From assembly GCA_963833225.1 (NCBI GenBank), contig CAWHXD010000019.1:374075-438074 (forward strand): a DNA stretch of 64,000 nucleotides, written 5' to 3'. The DNA comes from an uncultured Chloroflexia bacterium (lineage in GTDB: Bacteria; Chloroflexota; Limnocylindria; Limnocylindrales; CSP1-4). The notes under the pieces were generated by a model. That model saw only the letters and a program-made list of their open reading frames with translations. It had not been told where the DNA came from and made no database searches. A program made the translations under genes and the position numbers. Below, piece by piece: positions 52,999 to 62,361 of this stretch. How positions within the stretch are numbered: the first letter of the stretch is position 1; the number at the start of each line of letters is the position of its first letter.

Positions 52999-54143
52999 GT
53001 CGCGGTCTCCTCCTCCCGTGCCCGGGCGACCACCCGGTCGGCCGCCTCCAGGCAGGCCGCGTCGGTCAGCTCACCGCGCAGGGCCCGGTTGACCAGCCCG
53101 CCCACCTCGTCCTGGACCTGCAGCCAGCCATCGAACCGGGGCCGCACCCAGGCGCCGTCCAGCGTCCGCCGCGTGCCGCGGAAGAACCCCAGGCTGTCGG
53201 CGTCGACCGCCTCGTCGTCCCAGGCGTCGATGTTGGCCGGCTGGCCGCCGCTGGCGTAGTAGACGCCGCGCTGGACCTCGCCGCTCGCGAGCCAGAAGGC
53301 ATGGTCGACGGCAATCTCCGGCTGCGGCGAGAAGGCCGACACCGCGATCCCGGCGCCACCCAGGCAGGAGCCGGCGACGCCCCGGGGACCGGCGGGCATG
53401 TCCACGTAGGCGAGGCGGTGGGCACGGAACCCGGCACGGCTGTAGTTCGTATAGCCGAAGGCGAGCGGCGCGTAGCACCAGCGATCATCAGTGGCGAGGC
53501 GTTCCGCAGCCTGGATCGGGTTCTCGTCGAGGCATGCCGGATCGACCAGCTCCGCGAGGTGGTGCAGGTCCTCGAGGATGCCCTCGCCGTCCCCGCGGGC
53601 GATGAACCCGTCCCCGGCGATCGCGGCGCCGCGGTTTGCCGCGAGCGTCAGGAAGCTCGAGATGGCGTCCACCGGCTTGGCCGGCCAGACGACCCTGCCC
53701 GTGCGTGCGAGCTCGAGCACCTCGTCCCACGTCTTCGGCGGCACGGGCAGCAGATCGGGGCGATGGATGGCCACCTGGGCCGCGGCATCGATCGCGAGGC
53801 CGTACTGGTGACCGGCGTGCGCATAGGTCGCGTGTGACGGGCCGACGGCCTGCGTCGCGAGGGCCGCAAGCTCCACGTCACGACCGCACGTGTCGAGCGC
53901 GGCGAGGAGCCCGGCTGTCGCCGCGTGCGGGATGTGCGGATGGTCGATCACCATCAGGTCGTACGTCCGGGCGAGGGTCTCGAGCGGCTGGTCGGCGAAC
54001 CCCTGGAGCGATCGGGCCTCCCACTCCACCCGCACGCCGGGGTGGAGCGAGCTGTAGGCCTCCGCCGCCCCCCGCACGCTGTCCAGGCCGCGCGGATGGT
54101 CCCACGTCATGCCTCGGAGAACCGCCGGCAGCGGATCGCTCAT
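52995..54143 (-). CDS. solute-binding-protein-like protein without signal peptide (cytoplasmic), unknown function
   Basis: 382 aa. The N-terminus [19 protein letters not shown] has no hydrophobic or lipobox segment. Overall SBP family-1-like pattern (LMVIDHP..., WDEVLELA..., GGAGIAVS). ATGA overlaps on both sides. Confidence 0.55.
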   Translation of the reverse strand: MSDPLPAVLRGMTWDHPRGLDSVRGAAEAYSSLHPGVRVEWEARSLQGFADQPLETLARTYDLMVIDHPHIPHAATAGLLAALDTCGRDVELAALATQAVGPSHATYAHAGHQYGLAIDAAAQVAIHRPDLLPVPPKTWDEVLELARTGRVVWPAKPVDAISSFLTLAANRGAAIAGDGFIARGDGEGILEDLHHLAELVDPACLDENPIQAAERLATDDRWCYAPLAFGYTNYSRAGFRAHRLAYVDMPAGPRGVAGSCLGGAGIAVSAFSPQPEIAVDHAFWLASGEVQRGVYYASGGQPANIDAWDDEAVDADSLGFFRGTRRTLDGAWVRPRFDGWLQVQDEVGGLVNRALRGELTDAACLEAADRVVARAREEETAT

Positions 54144-55390
54144 GCGCCCGCCGCGTCGTCGATGGGACGGAGGTCCAGCTCCGCGTCGATGGACGCCGTG
54201 TGCTCGCCCAGCCGCGGGGCGCCCCGGTCGCCGCCCAGCGTGCCGTGGTCGATCCGCAGCGGGCTCCGGGTCGTGTGCAGGGTCACCTCGCCGTCGCCCG
54301 TAGCCGAGGGCCGTCGCACCACCCGGTCCATCGCCAGGGCATGGAACCCCTCGTGGCCGACGAGATCGGGCAGCGTGAGCACGGGAGCGCACCACACGTC
54401 CGCCGGCTCCAGGATGTCGAGCCAGTCGCGGGTCGGGCGCGTGGACAGGTGGGCCGCCAGCAGGTCCTCGATCCGCTCCCGCTCCGTCCACCACGTCTCG
54501 GGGTCGCCGAATGCCGACAGGGCATCGAGCCCGATGAGCTCGCCGAGCCGCGGCACCGAGTTCATCGCGAGCGCGAGGTACCCGTCCGCGGTGGGGTAGA
54601 CGCCGTACGGGGCGGCGAGGAAGGCGTTGGCCCCGTGCGGTCCACCGCGGTCAACGAGCACCGACGGATCGTTCAGGTGGGCGCTGAGGAGCTCGAACTG
54701 GAGGTCGAGCATTCCCTCCATCAGGCTGGTCTCCACCAGGCCACCCTTGCCGGTGCGCTCACGGCGCAGGAGCAGCGCCGTGATGCCCTGCGCCAGGTGG
54801 ACCGAGGCGAGCAGGTCCGCGATCGACAGCCCGACCGGCACCGGCCCGTGGTCCCGGCTCCCGCTGAGCCACGGCAGGCCCGACATCGACTGCGCGAGCA
54901 GGTCCTGGCCGGGCAGGTCGCGCCACGGCCCATCGGGCCCGTAGCCGCTCACGCTCCCGTAGACCAGGCGCGGGTTGAGCGCCCGCGCGGATTCGAAGTC
55001 CAGCCCGATGCGCTCCATGACCCCCGGCCGGAAGTTCTGGATGAGCACGTCGGCGCGGGCCACGAGCCGGCGGATGGCCGCCAGGTCGGACGCGTTCTTG
55101 AGGTCGGCGGCGTAGCTCTCCTTGCCGCGGTTCATGATCTGGAACGAGAGGGTGTCGCCGTCGAGGAACTTGCCGGCGAAGGCGAGCGTGCGCCCGATGT
55201 CGCCGACCCCGGGACGCTCGATCTTGATCACCCGGGCCCCGAGATCGGACAGCCGCATCGCGGCGACGGGCCCGGCGAGGAACTGGCTGAAGTCGAGGAC
55301 CAGGATGCCGTCCAACGGCGGGATCGGCACCTTCCGGGCTCCCTCGCGTGCGGCACCCATCCGTGCTCCTCCCTCGTCGGCTCGGTTCAT
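54140..55390 (-). CDS. family III CoA-transferase (CaiB/BaiF/Frc family)
   Basis: PLDGILVLDFSQFLAGPVAAMRLSDLGARVIKIERP...NRGKES...VLIQNFRPG...GYG...GQDLLAQ is canonical. Confidence 0.88.
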   Translation of the reverse strand: MNRADEGGARMGAAREGARKVPIPPLDGILVLDFSQFLAGPVAAMRLSDLGARVIKIERPGVGDIGRTLAFAGKFLDGDTLSFQIMNRGKESYAADLKNASDLAAIRRLVARADVLIQNFRPGVMERIGLDFESARALNPRLVYGSVSGYGPDGPWRDLPGQDLLAQSMSGLPWLSGSRDHGPVPVGLSIADLLASVHLAQGITALLLRRERTGKGGLVETSLMEGMLDLQFELLSAHLNDPSVLVDRGGPHGANAFLAAPYGVYPTADGYLALAMNSVPRLGELIGLDALSAFGDPETWWTERERIEDLLAAHLSTRPTRDWLDILEPADVWCAPVLTLPDLVGHEGFHALAMDRVVRRPSATGDGEVTLHTTRSPLRIDHGTLGGDRGAPRLGEHTASIDAELDLRPIDDAAGA

Positions 55391-55400
55391 CACGTCCTCG

Positions 55401-56615
55401 TCAGCTCGCCGATGCCCGCTCGGCGACCGTGACCAGCGGCTGGCAGGCCGGCCCGATGGGCTCGAAGCTCTTGTAGCCGAGGACGAACTCCTGGTGGCCC
55501 ATCTGCTCGCTCGCGGTCTGGCGGCCATCGGCCACGTCACGGACCAGCTGCACGATCTCGGCACCGACCTCCGCCAGGGTTCCCCGGCCCTCGATCACGC
55601 GCCCGGCGTTGACGTCCATGTCGTCGGCCATCCGGGCGTACGTCTCGGGGTTGGCGCAGACCTTGACGATCGGCGAGATCGCGGACCCCACGACCGAGCC
55701 GCGGCCGGTCGTGAACAGGATCATGTGGGCGCCACAGGCCATGAGCTCGGCCGCCTCGGCGTTGTCGTTGATGTTGGGGAAGCCCCACCGCACCTCGCCG
55801 TCCGGGATCACGTCGAGCAGGTAGAGGCCTGGGTGGGCCGGGATGTCGCCGGGCTTGATGATCCCGCTGATGGCTGCCCGGCCGCTCTTGGCATAGGCGC
55901 CCAGGGACTTCTCCTCGATGGTCGTGAGCCCGCCCTCGGCGTTGCCGGCGGCGAAGCTCCCGTGCCCGAGCACGTTGTAGTAGGCCTCCGCCTTGTGCAC
56001 GGCGCCCACGAGGGCCTGGCCCAGGTCCGGGGTGATCGCGCGCTCCGCCATCCGGTACTCGCAGCCGATGAGCTCGCCGGTCTCCTCGAAGATCGCGACC
56101 GCGCCGGCCGCCACCAGCTGGTCGAACGCGAGGCCGACCGCCGGGTTGGCCGTGATGCCGCTGGTGCTGTCGGAGCCCCCGCAGATGGTGCCGATGACCA
56201 GGTCGGAGAGGTCCATCGGCACCCGCGGGACGCTGGCGATCTCGTTGATGGCCTGCCGGACCCAGGCCCGTCCGGCCTCGATCGTGGCTCGCGTGCCACC
56301 CGCGTGCTGGACGACCAGCGTGTGCACCGGGCGGCCGCTCGCCGCGACGGTCCGCGCGAGCTCGGCCCGGTCGAACCCCTCGCAGCCCAGCGAGACGATC
56401 AGCACCGCACCGACGTTGGGATGGGTCGCGAGCCGGTGGAGCATCAGCGCCCCGTAGTCGTTGGGATAGCAGCCGCCGAACCCGATCACGTGGACGTCGT
56501 CCTCGAGCCCGCTCGCGATGCGGGTGGCGACGTGGTGGGAGCACTCGACCGTGTAGATCACCGCGACGACGTTGCGGATGCCCTTGCGGCCGTCGGACCG
56601 GAGGAACCCCTGCAT
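55401..56615 (-). CDS. UxaA/GarD-family sugar-acid dehydratase, large (catalytic) subunit
   Basis: GFLRSDGRKGIRN, VSLGCE, ICGGSDSTSGITANP, FTTGRGS is the altronate/galactarate dehydratase C-terminal domain pattern. Confidence 0.85.
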   Translation of the reverse strand: MQGFLRSDGRKGIRNVVAVIYTVECSHHVATRIASGLEDDVHVIGFGGCYPNDYGALMLHRLATHPNVGAVLIVSLGCEGFDRAELARTVAASGRPVHTLVVQHAGGTRATIEAGRAWVRQAINEIASVPRVPMDLSDLVIGTICGGSDSTSGITANPAVGLAFDQLVAAGAVAIFEETGELIGCEYRMAERAITPDLGQALVGAVHKAEAYYNVLGHGSFAAGNAEGGLTTIEEKSLGAYAKSGRAAISGIIKPGDIPAHPGLYLLDVIPDGEVRWGFPNINDNAEAAELMACGAHMILFTTGRGSVVGSAISPIVKVCANPETYARMADDMDVNAGRVIEGRGTLAEVGAEIVQLVRDVADGRQTASEQMGHQEFVLGYKSFEPIGPACQPLVTVAERASAS

Positions 56616-56619
56616 GCGG

Positions 56620-56925
56620 TCAGGCCTCCCCTCGCGCGTGCGTGCGCATGTAGATGCTGGTGAGGTTGTGGGTGTGGATCAGCTCGCCGCGGGTGACCGG
56701 CTGCGTCGTCCGTCCGATGGGCATCCCGTACCGGATCGCGTCGGTTCCCTGGGCGAGGTCCAGGGCAGCGACCTTGAACCCCAGTGGCAGCGGGACCTGC
56801 GTCTCGACGCTGACCCCGTCGACCATCATCCGCTCGCCGGCGGCGATGGCGGCGATCACGATCAGCACGTTGTCCCCGTCCGCGAGCCGGAGCAGCCGGG
56901 GATCGGATCCGCCCGCGTCGCTCAC
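56620..56925 (-). CDS. UxaA-family dehydratase small subunit (SAF domain)
   Basis: DNVLIVIAAIAAGERMMVDG...VPLPLGFKVAALDLAQGTDAIRYGMPIG...GELIHTHN (SAF/altronate dehydratase N-terminal). The likely GTG start at 56925 overlaps the RraA-like stop (GTGA). The track start is 56937. Confidence 0.8.
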   Translation of the reverse strand: MSDAGGSDPRLLRLADGDNVLIVIAAIAAGERMMVDGVSVETQVPLPLGFKVAALDLAQGTDAIRYGMPIGRTTQPVTRGELIHTHNLTSIYMRTHARGEA

Positions 56926-57629
56926 AGGACGTGCCACCGTTCCCAGACCTCGCGCAGGCTCGCACCCCCGAGGAGCTCCCCGAGGACCGACCGCTCGGCG
57001 GTTGCCCGGGCGGTGGCTCGCGCCAGGACCTCGGCCTCGACGGCGGCCGGCACCACGACCACGCCGTCATCGTCGGCAAGCACGAGGTCGCCGGGCGCGA
57101 CGAGCACACCGCCGCAGCGGACGGGTTCGCCGGTCGAGACCACGCGCATCCGCCCCCGGAAGTCGACCGGCCGTGAGCCGGGCGCGAAGACGTCAAACCC
57201 GACGGACCGGATCTTGGCCACGTCGCGGACCGGGCCGTCGCAGACCGCGCCAGCAGCCCCGTGGCCCTTGGCGGCCGCCGAGAACAGCTCGCCCCAGTAG
57301 GCCGTCCGCAGATCACCCCCGGTGGCGATCACGGCGAGCGAGCCGTTGTCGAGCCCGTCGATGAAGTCCATCACGGCATCGTACGGGTTGTCGGGGTTCG
57401 TCTCAGTCGGGGCGAACTGGACCGTCCGGGCGCGCCCAACGGCTCGAGCGCCCGTCACCAGGGGCGCGATGGCCGGGATCATGACCTGCGCCCGGACCCC
57501 GAGCGTGTCGAGCGAATCGGACACGATCGCCGACGTGAGCGCGGCCGCAAGCTGGGTGGGCAGATCCTCGAAGCGAGCCGCACGACCCTGGACATTCGTT
57601 TGCTCAGCCATGCGGGGCAGTATAGCCAC
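56922..57629 (-). CDS. RraA/HMG-CHA aldolase family protein (class II pyruvate aldolase / oxaloacetate decarboxylase-like)
   Basis: SAIVSDSLDTLG...GSLAVIATGGDLRTAYWGELFSAAAKGHGAAGAVCDGPVRD...GDLVLADDDGVVVVP. Start is GTG 57629 or ATG 57611. Confidence 0.8.
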   Translation of the reverse strand: MAILPRMAEQTNVQGRAARFEDLPTQLAAALTSAIVSDSLDTLGVRAQVMIPAIAPLVTGARAVGRARTVQFAPTETNPDNPYDAVMDFIDGLDNGSLAVIATGGDLRTAYWGELFSAAAKGHGAAGAVCDGPVRDVAKIRSVGFDVFAPGSRPVDFRGRMRVVSTGEPVRCGGVLVAPGDLVLADDDGVVVVPAAVEAEVLARATARATAERSVLGELLGGASLREVWERWHVL

Positions 57630-57670
57630 CCCGCTTCCGAGCGTACAGGGGGCAACTTCCGGCTGAAATG

Positions 57671-57722
57671 TATCGTTCGATATAGGAGCGTCGAGGGTGC
57701 TGTTTATCGTTACCAGATTGAC
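57671..57722. promoter_or_regulatory. AT-rich divergent control region: TATCGTTCGATA quasi-palindrome (57671-82), second TATCGTT (57705-11), TTGACA -35-like hexamer (57717-22)
   Basis: Read directly between the divergent RraA-operon and SBP-gene starts. Confidence 0.35.
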
Positions 57723-57821
57723 ATTTGCGGCCGCGAATGGTTACCCTGCCTTCGTTCCGGCGCTGTCCGTTCAGGTCGGTCGCCGGCGGTGGCAGGGACC
57801 ACACCTTTGGAGGAGCTATCT

Positions 57822-59216
57822 ATGCGCTCACTGTCCAGGCATTCCGGCCTGGCCCGTCTGGTCGCCGGCGGCACCGTCGCGGTGCTCCTGGTGTCCGCAT
57901 GCTCGGGCTCGTCGAGCACACCGGCGCCCGCATCGCAGGCGCCCGGCGCGTCCACGGCTCCCGCGACCCAGGCGCCCGCCGATGACAACGCCACTGACTC
58001 GGGCGGCCCCATCATGGTCTGGGTGGACGCCCCGCGCGTCCCCGCCGCCGAGGCGTTCCAGAAGGCCTACCCGGACATCCAGATCGAGATCAACGCGATC
58101 CCGGGCAACGTCGGCAGCACCGACCTGCAGCAGAAGTTCGCCCTGTTCAACCAGGCCGGCAGCGGCTGGCCGGACGCGATCTTCTTCCCGTCCAACGACG
58201 ACATCGCCTGGGCGACCAGCGCCAAGATCAACTACGCCCGCGACCTGAGCGGCCTGCTCGGGGACTACCTCACGGGCTACACCGAAGCCAACAACGCCCC
58301 GTGCAACATCGACGGCCAGGTCCGCTGCGCCCGCAACGACTCGGCACCCGACGTGTTCTGGTACAACAAGACGCTGTTCGACGAGTGGGGCTACACCCCG
58401 CCGACGACGTGGGAGGCGTACCAGGACCTCGGCATCAAGATCGCCACCGAGCATCCGGGCTACATCAGCGGCTTCCTCGGTGACGCCTACGCGCCGGACC
58501 GCTACCTGTGGGCCAGCGGCTGCCCGACCAACGACCGCCTGTCCGAGACCAAGGTCCACATCAACACCAGCGATCCGATGTGCACGCGGGTCGTGGACCT
58601 CGTCGACAAGATGGTCGCGGCCGGGGCCCTCAGCGCCGTCGGCATCTTCGACCCCAACGCCGCCGAGATCGGCCCCAAGCTCGCCATGAGCCCGGGCGCC
58701 GTGTGGTGGGGCAACTACCTGTTCCGCGACACCTGGAAGATCCCGGCCGGCCAGATGACCGCCACCAACCCGATCAACTGGACCGGCGAGACCCCCGGCT
58801 TCACCGGTGACGAGGGGGGCGGCCTGTGGGGCGTCTCCAGCCACATCAAGGGCAAGCAGCTCGATAACACGCTGACCTTCATCAAGTTCGTCACCAGCGA
58901 CCCGCGCTGGCAGGTCGATCTCTCGACCGGCCTTCCCGCCTACACGGCTCCCCAGCAGGCGTGGCTCGACAAGGGCGCGAAGGACGGCTACTTCGCCGAC
59001 TACCCGACGACTGCGGCGGCCATGGTCGAAGCCGGCAACCGCGTTCGCGGCAACCACTACTACATGCTCTACAACACCGGCGGCATCTGGAGCAAGACCG
59101 TGACGCCGGTCCTCACCGCGGGCCAGGACCTCAGCGCGGCCTGGGATGCCTTCGGCACCCAGCTCGTCAACGAGGCCAAGACCTTCGGGTACGAGGTCGT
59201 CGACACCGGGAACTGA
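57822..59216 (+). CDS. carbohydrate ABC transporter substrate-binding lipoprotein (family 1)
   Basis: ATG 57822 lies 6 nt after GGAGGAG. Signal plus lipobox (LVAGGTVAVLLVSAC), a Ser/Pro/Ala linker, then an SBP_bac_1-like body. Confidence 0.88.
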   Translation: MRSLSRHSGLARLVAGGTVAVLLVSACSGSSSTPAPASQAPGASTAPATQAPADDNATDSGGPIMVWVDAPRVPAAEAFQKAYPDIQIEINAIPGNVGSTDLQQKFALFNQAGSGWPDAIFFPSNDDIAWATSAKINYARDLSGLLGDYLTGYTEANNAPCNIDGQVRCARNDSAPDVFWYNKTLFDEWGYTPPTTWEAYQDLGIKIATEHPGYISGFLGDAYAPDRYLWASGCPTNDRLSETKVHINTSDPMCTRVVDLVDKMVAAGALSAVGIFDPNAAEIGPKLAMSPGAVWWGNYLFRDTWKIPAGQMTATNPINWTGETPGFTGDEGGGLWGVSSHIKGKQLDNTLTFIKFVTSDPRWQVDLSTGLPAYTAPQQAWLDKGAKDGYFADYPTTAAAMVEAGNRVRGNHYYMLYNTGGIWSKTVTPVLTAGQDLSAAWDAFGTQLVNEAKTFGYEVVDTGN

Positions 59217-59228
59217 TCCCTGCGCAGG

Positions 59229-59253
59229 CAGCCTCCCGGCCCCCGGGAGGCTG
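59229..59253 (+). terminator. hairpin CAGCCTCCCGG-ccc-CCGGGAGGCTG after the SBP gene
   Basis: Read directly, 13 nt after the stop. Confidence 0.5.
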
Positions 59254-59261
59254 ACTAGACT

Positions 59262-59291
59262 GATGGGGAAGGGCCTGTGTCCTTCCCCATC
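59262..59291 (+). terminator. hairpin GATGGGGAAGG-8 nt-CCTTCCCCATC (second intercistronic stem-loop)
   Basis: Read directly. Together with 59229-59253 it forms a tandem stem-loop pair between the SBP and permease genes. Confidence 0.5.
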
Positions 59292-59352
59292 ACGAGTTCC
59301 AGCGCCAATCGCCCCATCCTCGTCACAGCCCGTGAGGTGACCGCAGGCCCGC

Positions 59353-60285
59353 ATGAGCAGTTCGTCCCCGGTCGGAGTGGCGGCCGCCCGTCGTCGATCC
59401 GGAATGCCTCGCCTGTCCCTGCCCGGCGCCGAGTCGCGTGGCGCCGCCATCCTGGTGCTCCCGTTCGTGGTGCTGCTGACGGTCGCGGGCATCGTCCCGA
59501 CCGTCTACGCGCTGCTCAAGAGCCTCGGCGACAGCAACGGCGAAGGCATTGGGTTCAGCAGCTTCGCGAAGATCATCGGGGACTTCCGGTTCGTCGACAC
59601 CTTCCTCAACATCGGGATCACGCTGATCGTCTGGCTGCCCCTGATGATGGTCGGTGTCGTGGCCCTCGCCCTGCTCGTGCACGCCAGCCCGGGCCGCTTC
59701 GGCTCCGTGATGCGGTTCGTGTACTACGTGCCGGGCGCGCTTGCCGGGATCGCGAACTTCATGCTCTGGCTGTTCATCCTGAATCCGGGCCAGAGCCCCG
59801 TCGACTTCCTGTGGAACGGGTTCGGGTACACGACCCTCAACCAGGTCGCCCAGCCCACCTACCTGCCAGTCATCCTGGCGGCGATGCTGTTCTTCCAGGG
59901 CGCCGGCACGTGGCTGGTGATCGTCAACGGCGGCCTCAACGGGATCCCCGACGAGGTCATCGAGGCGGCCGTCGTGGACGGGGCCGGATCGTGGGCGATG
60001 ACATGGCACATCATGCTGCCGATCATCCGGCCGTGGATCGGCTACATGCTCCTGCTCAACGTCGCGTACGGGTTCCAGCTGTTCATCGAGCCGCAGGTGC
60101 TGAGCCAGGTCACGCATGGGCAGATCTCGCCCCAATGGAGCCCGAACCAGCTCAGCTACACCTACGCGTACCAGATCCTCGACACGGGCGCGGCTGCCGC
60201 GATGTCGGTGATCCTGCTCGCCATCTCCCTCGGACTCGGCCTGGTGATCGTCTTCCGCACCGGCCTGTTCTCCGATGATCACTGA
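59353..60285 (+). CDS. carbohydrate ABC transporter permease (MalF/UgpA-like)
   Basis: 310 aa, 6 TM, with an EAA-type loop (IPDEVIEAAVVDGAGSWAMTWHIMLPIIRP). Confidence 0.88.
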   Translation: MSSSSPVGVAAARRRSGMPRLSLPGAESRGAAILVLPFVVLLTVAGIVPTVYALLKSLGDSNGEGIGFSSFAKIIGDFRFVDTFLNIGITLIVWLPLMMVGVVALALLVHASPGRFGSVMRFVYYVPGALAGIANFMLWLFILNPGQSPVDFLWNGFGYTTLNQVAQPTYLPVILAAMLFFQGAGTWLVIVNGGLNGIPDEVIEAAVVDGAGSWAMTWHIMLPIIRPWIGYMLLLNVAYGFQLFIEPQVLSQVTHGQISPQWSPNQLSYTYAYQILDTGAAAAMSVILLAISLGLGLVIVFRTGLFSDDH

Positions 60286-60296
60286 GGAGGCGGAGC

Positions 60297-61223
60297 GTGA
60301 GCAGTAGAACGTCCGACACCCATCGCCGCCACGCTGGCGCCCACTGGACCCTCAGCCGGGCCGGCCGCGTCGGCGCGCTGGCGGTCGCGGCCCTGATCTT
60401 CGGCATCCCGATCCTGACCTTCGTGCTGATGGGCTTCCGCCAGCAGGACCCCGTCGGCCAGGTGCCCGGCGGCATCTTCTCGCTGGGCGGGCTGTCCCTC
60501 GAGAACGCCGCCAACAGCCTGCGCGTCGTGATGGACTTCAACCACGGCATCTTCGCCAAGTGGATGGCGAACTCGCTGATCGTGGGCATCGGCGGCACCG
60601 CCCTGGCCGTGCTCACCGCCATGCCGGCCGGCTATGCCCTGGCCATGCTCCGGTTCCGAGGCCGGCGCCAGCTGCGCTTCATCACCCTGCTGACCATGGT
60701 GATGCCCAACACCGTGCTCGTGATCCCGTTGTTCCTCGAGGTCAGCGCCGTCGGCGCCATCGGCCAGCTGTGGCCCGTCATCGTGATCATGGGCTTCTAC
60801 CCGTTCGGCGTGTACCTCGCCTACATCCACTACCTCACGACGCTGCCACGCGAGCTGGTGGAGGCCGCCCGGCTCGATGGCCTCAACGAGGTCATGGTTT
60901 TCCTGCGGATCGCGGTGCCCATCTCGAAGCAGGCCGTCGCCCTGGTGATCTTCTTCAGCTTCGTGGCCAACTGGACCAACTACTTCCTGCCCCTGGTGCT
61001 GCTGCCGCTGTCGGAGCAGGGGACGGTCTCGCTCGGCCTGCAGCAGCTGGTCGGGTCGAGTCCGCTGTTCGACCCGACGATGTCCGCGGGCCTGAGCGTC
61101 AAGCTCTACATGCCGCAGCTGGCTCTCGCCACGACCATTACCATCGTGCCCGTCCTGGCCGTGTTCATCATGGCCCAGCGGTTCCTGTCGCGGGGAGCCG
61201 TCGTCGGGGCCGTCAAGGGCTGA
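60297..61223 (+). CDS. carbohydrate ABC transporter permease (MalG/UgpE-like)
   Basis: 308 aa, with EAA loop (LPRELVEAARLDGLNEVMVFLRIAVPISK). Confidence 0.88.
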   Translation: MSSRTSDTHRRHAGAHWTLSRAGRVGALAVAALIFGIPILTFVLMGFRQQDPVGQVPGGIFSLGGLSLENAANSLRVVMDFNHGIFAKWMANSLIVGIGGTALAVLTAMPAGYALAMLRFRGRRQLRFITLLTMVMPNTVLVIPLFLEVSAVGAIGQLWPVIVIMGFYPFGVYLAYIHYLTTLPRELVEAARLDGLNEVMVFLRIAVPISKQAVALVIFFSFVANWTNYFLPLVLLPLSEQGTVSLGLQQLVGSSPLFDPTMSAGLSVKLYMPQLALATTITIVPVLAVFIMAQRFLSRGAVVGAVKG

Positions 61224-61254
61224 GCGCGTCGCACCGGGGAGCCACCGTCGCCAG

Positions 61255-62355
61255 ATGACAACGACGCCGCGCCGACCTGCCTCGAGGATGAGGCCACGGA
61301 TCACGCTGGCCGACGTGGCCCGCAGGGCCGGCGTGTCCGTCTCGGTCGTCTCGCGGGAGCTCAACGGGGATCCGGCGCTGCGGGCCCGCAGCGAGACGCG
61401 ACGGCGGATCCACGGGGCCGCCAAGGCGCTGGGCTACACCCCCAGCCATGCGGCGCGCGCCCTCCGCCTGTCAAAGGCGTTCGCGATCGCGCTCGTCGTT
61501 CCGGACCTCACGAACCCCGTCTACAGCCAGCTGATCCGGGGGATCGAGGATGCCGCGGACGAGCTTGGCTACCAGGTGCTCATGGGCCGCACCGAGCGGA
61601 TCGAGCCCGGCACGGACTTCATCCGGCGGCTGGTAGGTGAGGGCCGCGTCGACGGCTTCCTCGTCCAGCGCCGCGACGAGACCGACCCCCAGGAGTTCGC
61701 GCACCTGATCGACGGCACGGCGCCCGTGGTGCTGATCAACTCCCGCGGCTCGCGGCGCGGCTCGGTGGTGCTCGACGATGCCGCCGGGGCGCGAAGGGCG
61801 ACCCAGCACCTGCTGGACCTTGGTCACCGGGATATCGCCCTGATCGGTGGGGACATCCACAGCCACACCGGGCGAGCACGCGAGCGGGGCTACGTCCAGG
61901 CGATCAACGCTGCGCGCATGCGCCGCCGGTCGGCCTGGGTGCTGCACTCCGGCTATACGCCCGAAGCCGGCCGCCTCGCCATCCGTGAGCTGTGCGTGAC
62001 CAATGGCCGGCGGCCGACCGGCGTCGTGGTGTCCAACGTGAACGCCGCCATGGGTGTCCTGCTCGGGGCGCGGGAGGTCGGGCTCAAGGTCCCGGAGCAG
62101 CTGTCGGTCGTGGCGATCCACGATTCCTGGTTCACCGAGTACGCGTCGCCGTCGCTGACCACCGTCCGGATGCCGATGTACGAGATGGGGCGCGAGGCGG
62201 TCACGCTGCTCCACCTTCGCCTCGAGGGCGAACGACCGGTCGACGTGATGATCGAGGCCCCGGCGCCCGAGCTCGTCCACCGCCAGTCCACGGCACCGCC
62301 CCCGAAGCGGCTGGCCCGGGCGCGCGAGCCCATCCCCGGACCCGAGCGTGGCTGA
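61255..62355 (+). CDS. LacI family transcriptional regulator
   Basis: ITLADVARRAGVSVSVVSRELNG HTH plus a sugar-binding core. Confidence 0.88.
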   Translation: MTTTPRRPASRMRPRITLADVARRAGVSVSVVSRELNGDPALRARSETRRRIHGAAKALGYTPSHAARALRLSKAFAIALVVPDLTNPVYSQLIRGIEDAADELGYQVLMGRTERIEPGTDFIRRLVGEGRVDGFLVQRRDETDPQEFAHLIDGTAPVVLINSRGSRRGSVVLDDAAGARRATQHLLDLGHRDIALIGGDIHSHTGRARERGYVQAINAARMRRRSAWVLHSGYTPEAGRLAIRELCVTNGRRPTGVVVSNVNAAMGVLLGAREVGLKVPEQLSVVAIHDSWFTEYASPSLTTVRMPMYEMGREAVTLLHLRLEGERPVDVMIEAPAPELVHRQSTAPPPKRLARAREPIPGPERG

Positions 62356-62361
62356 CCGCGC

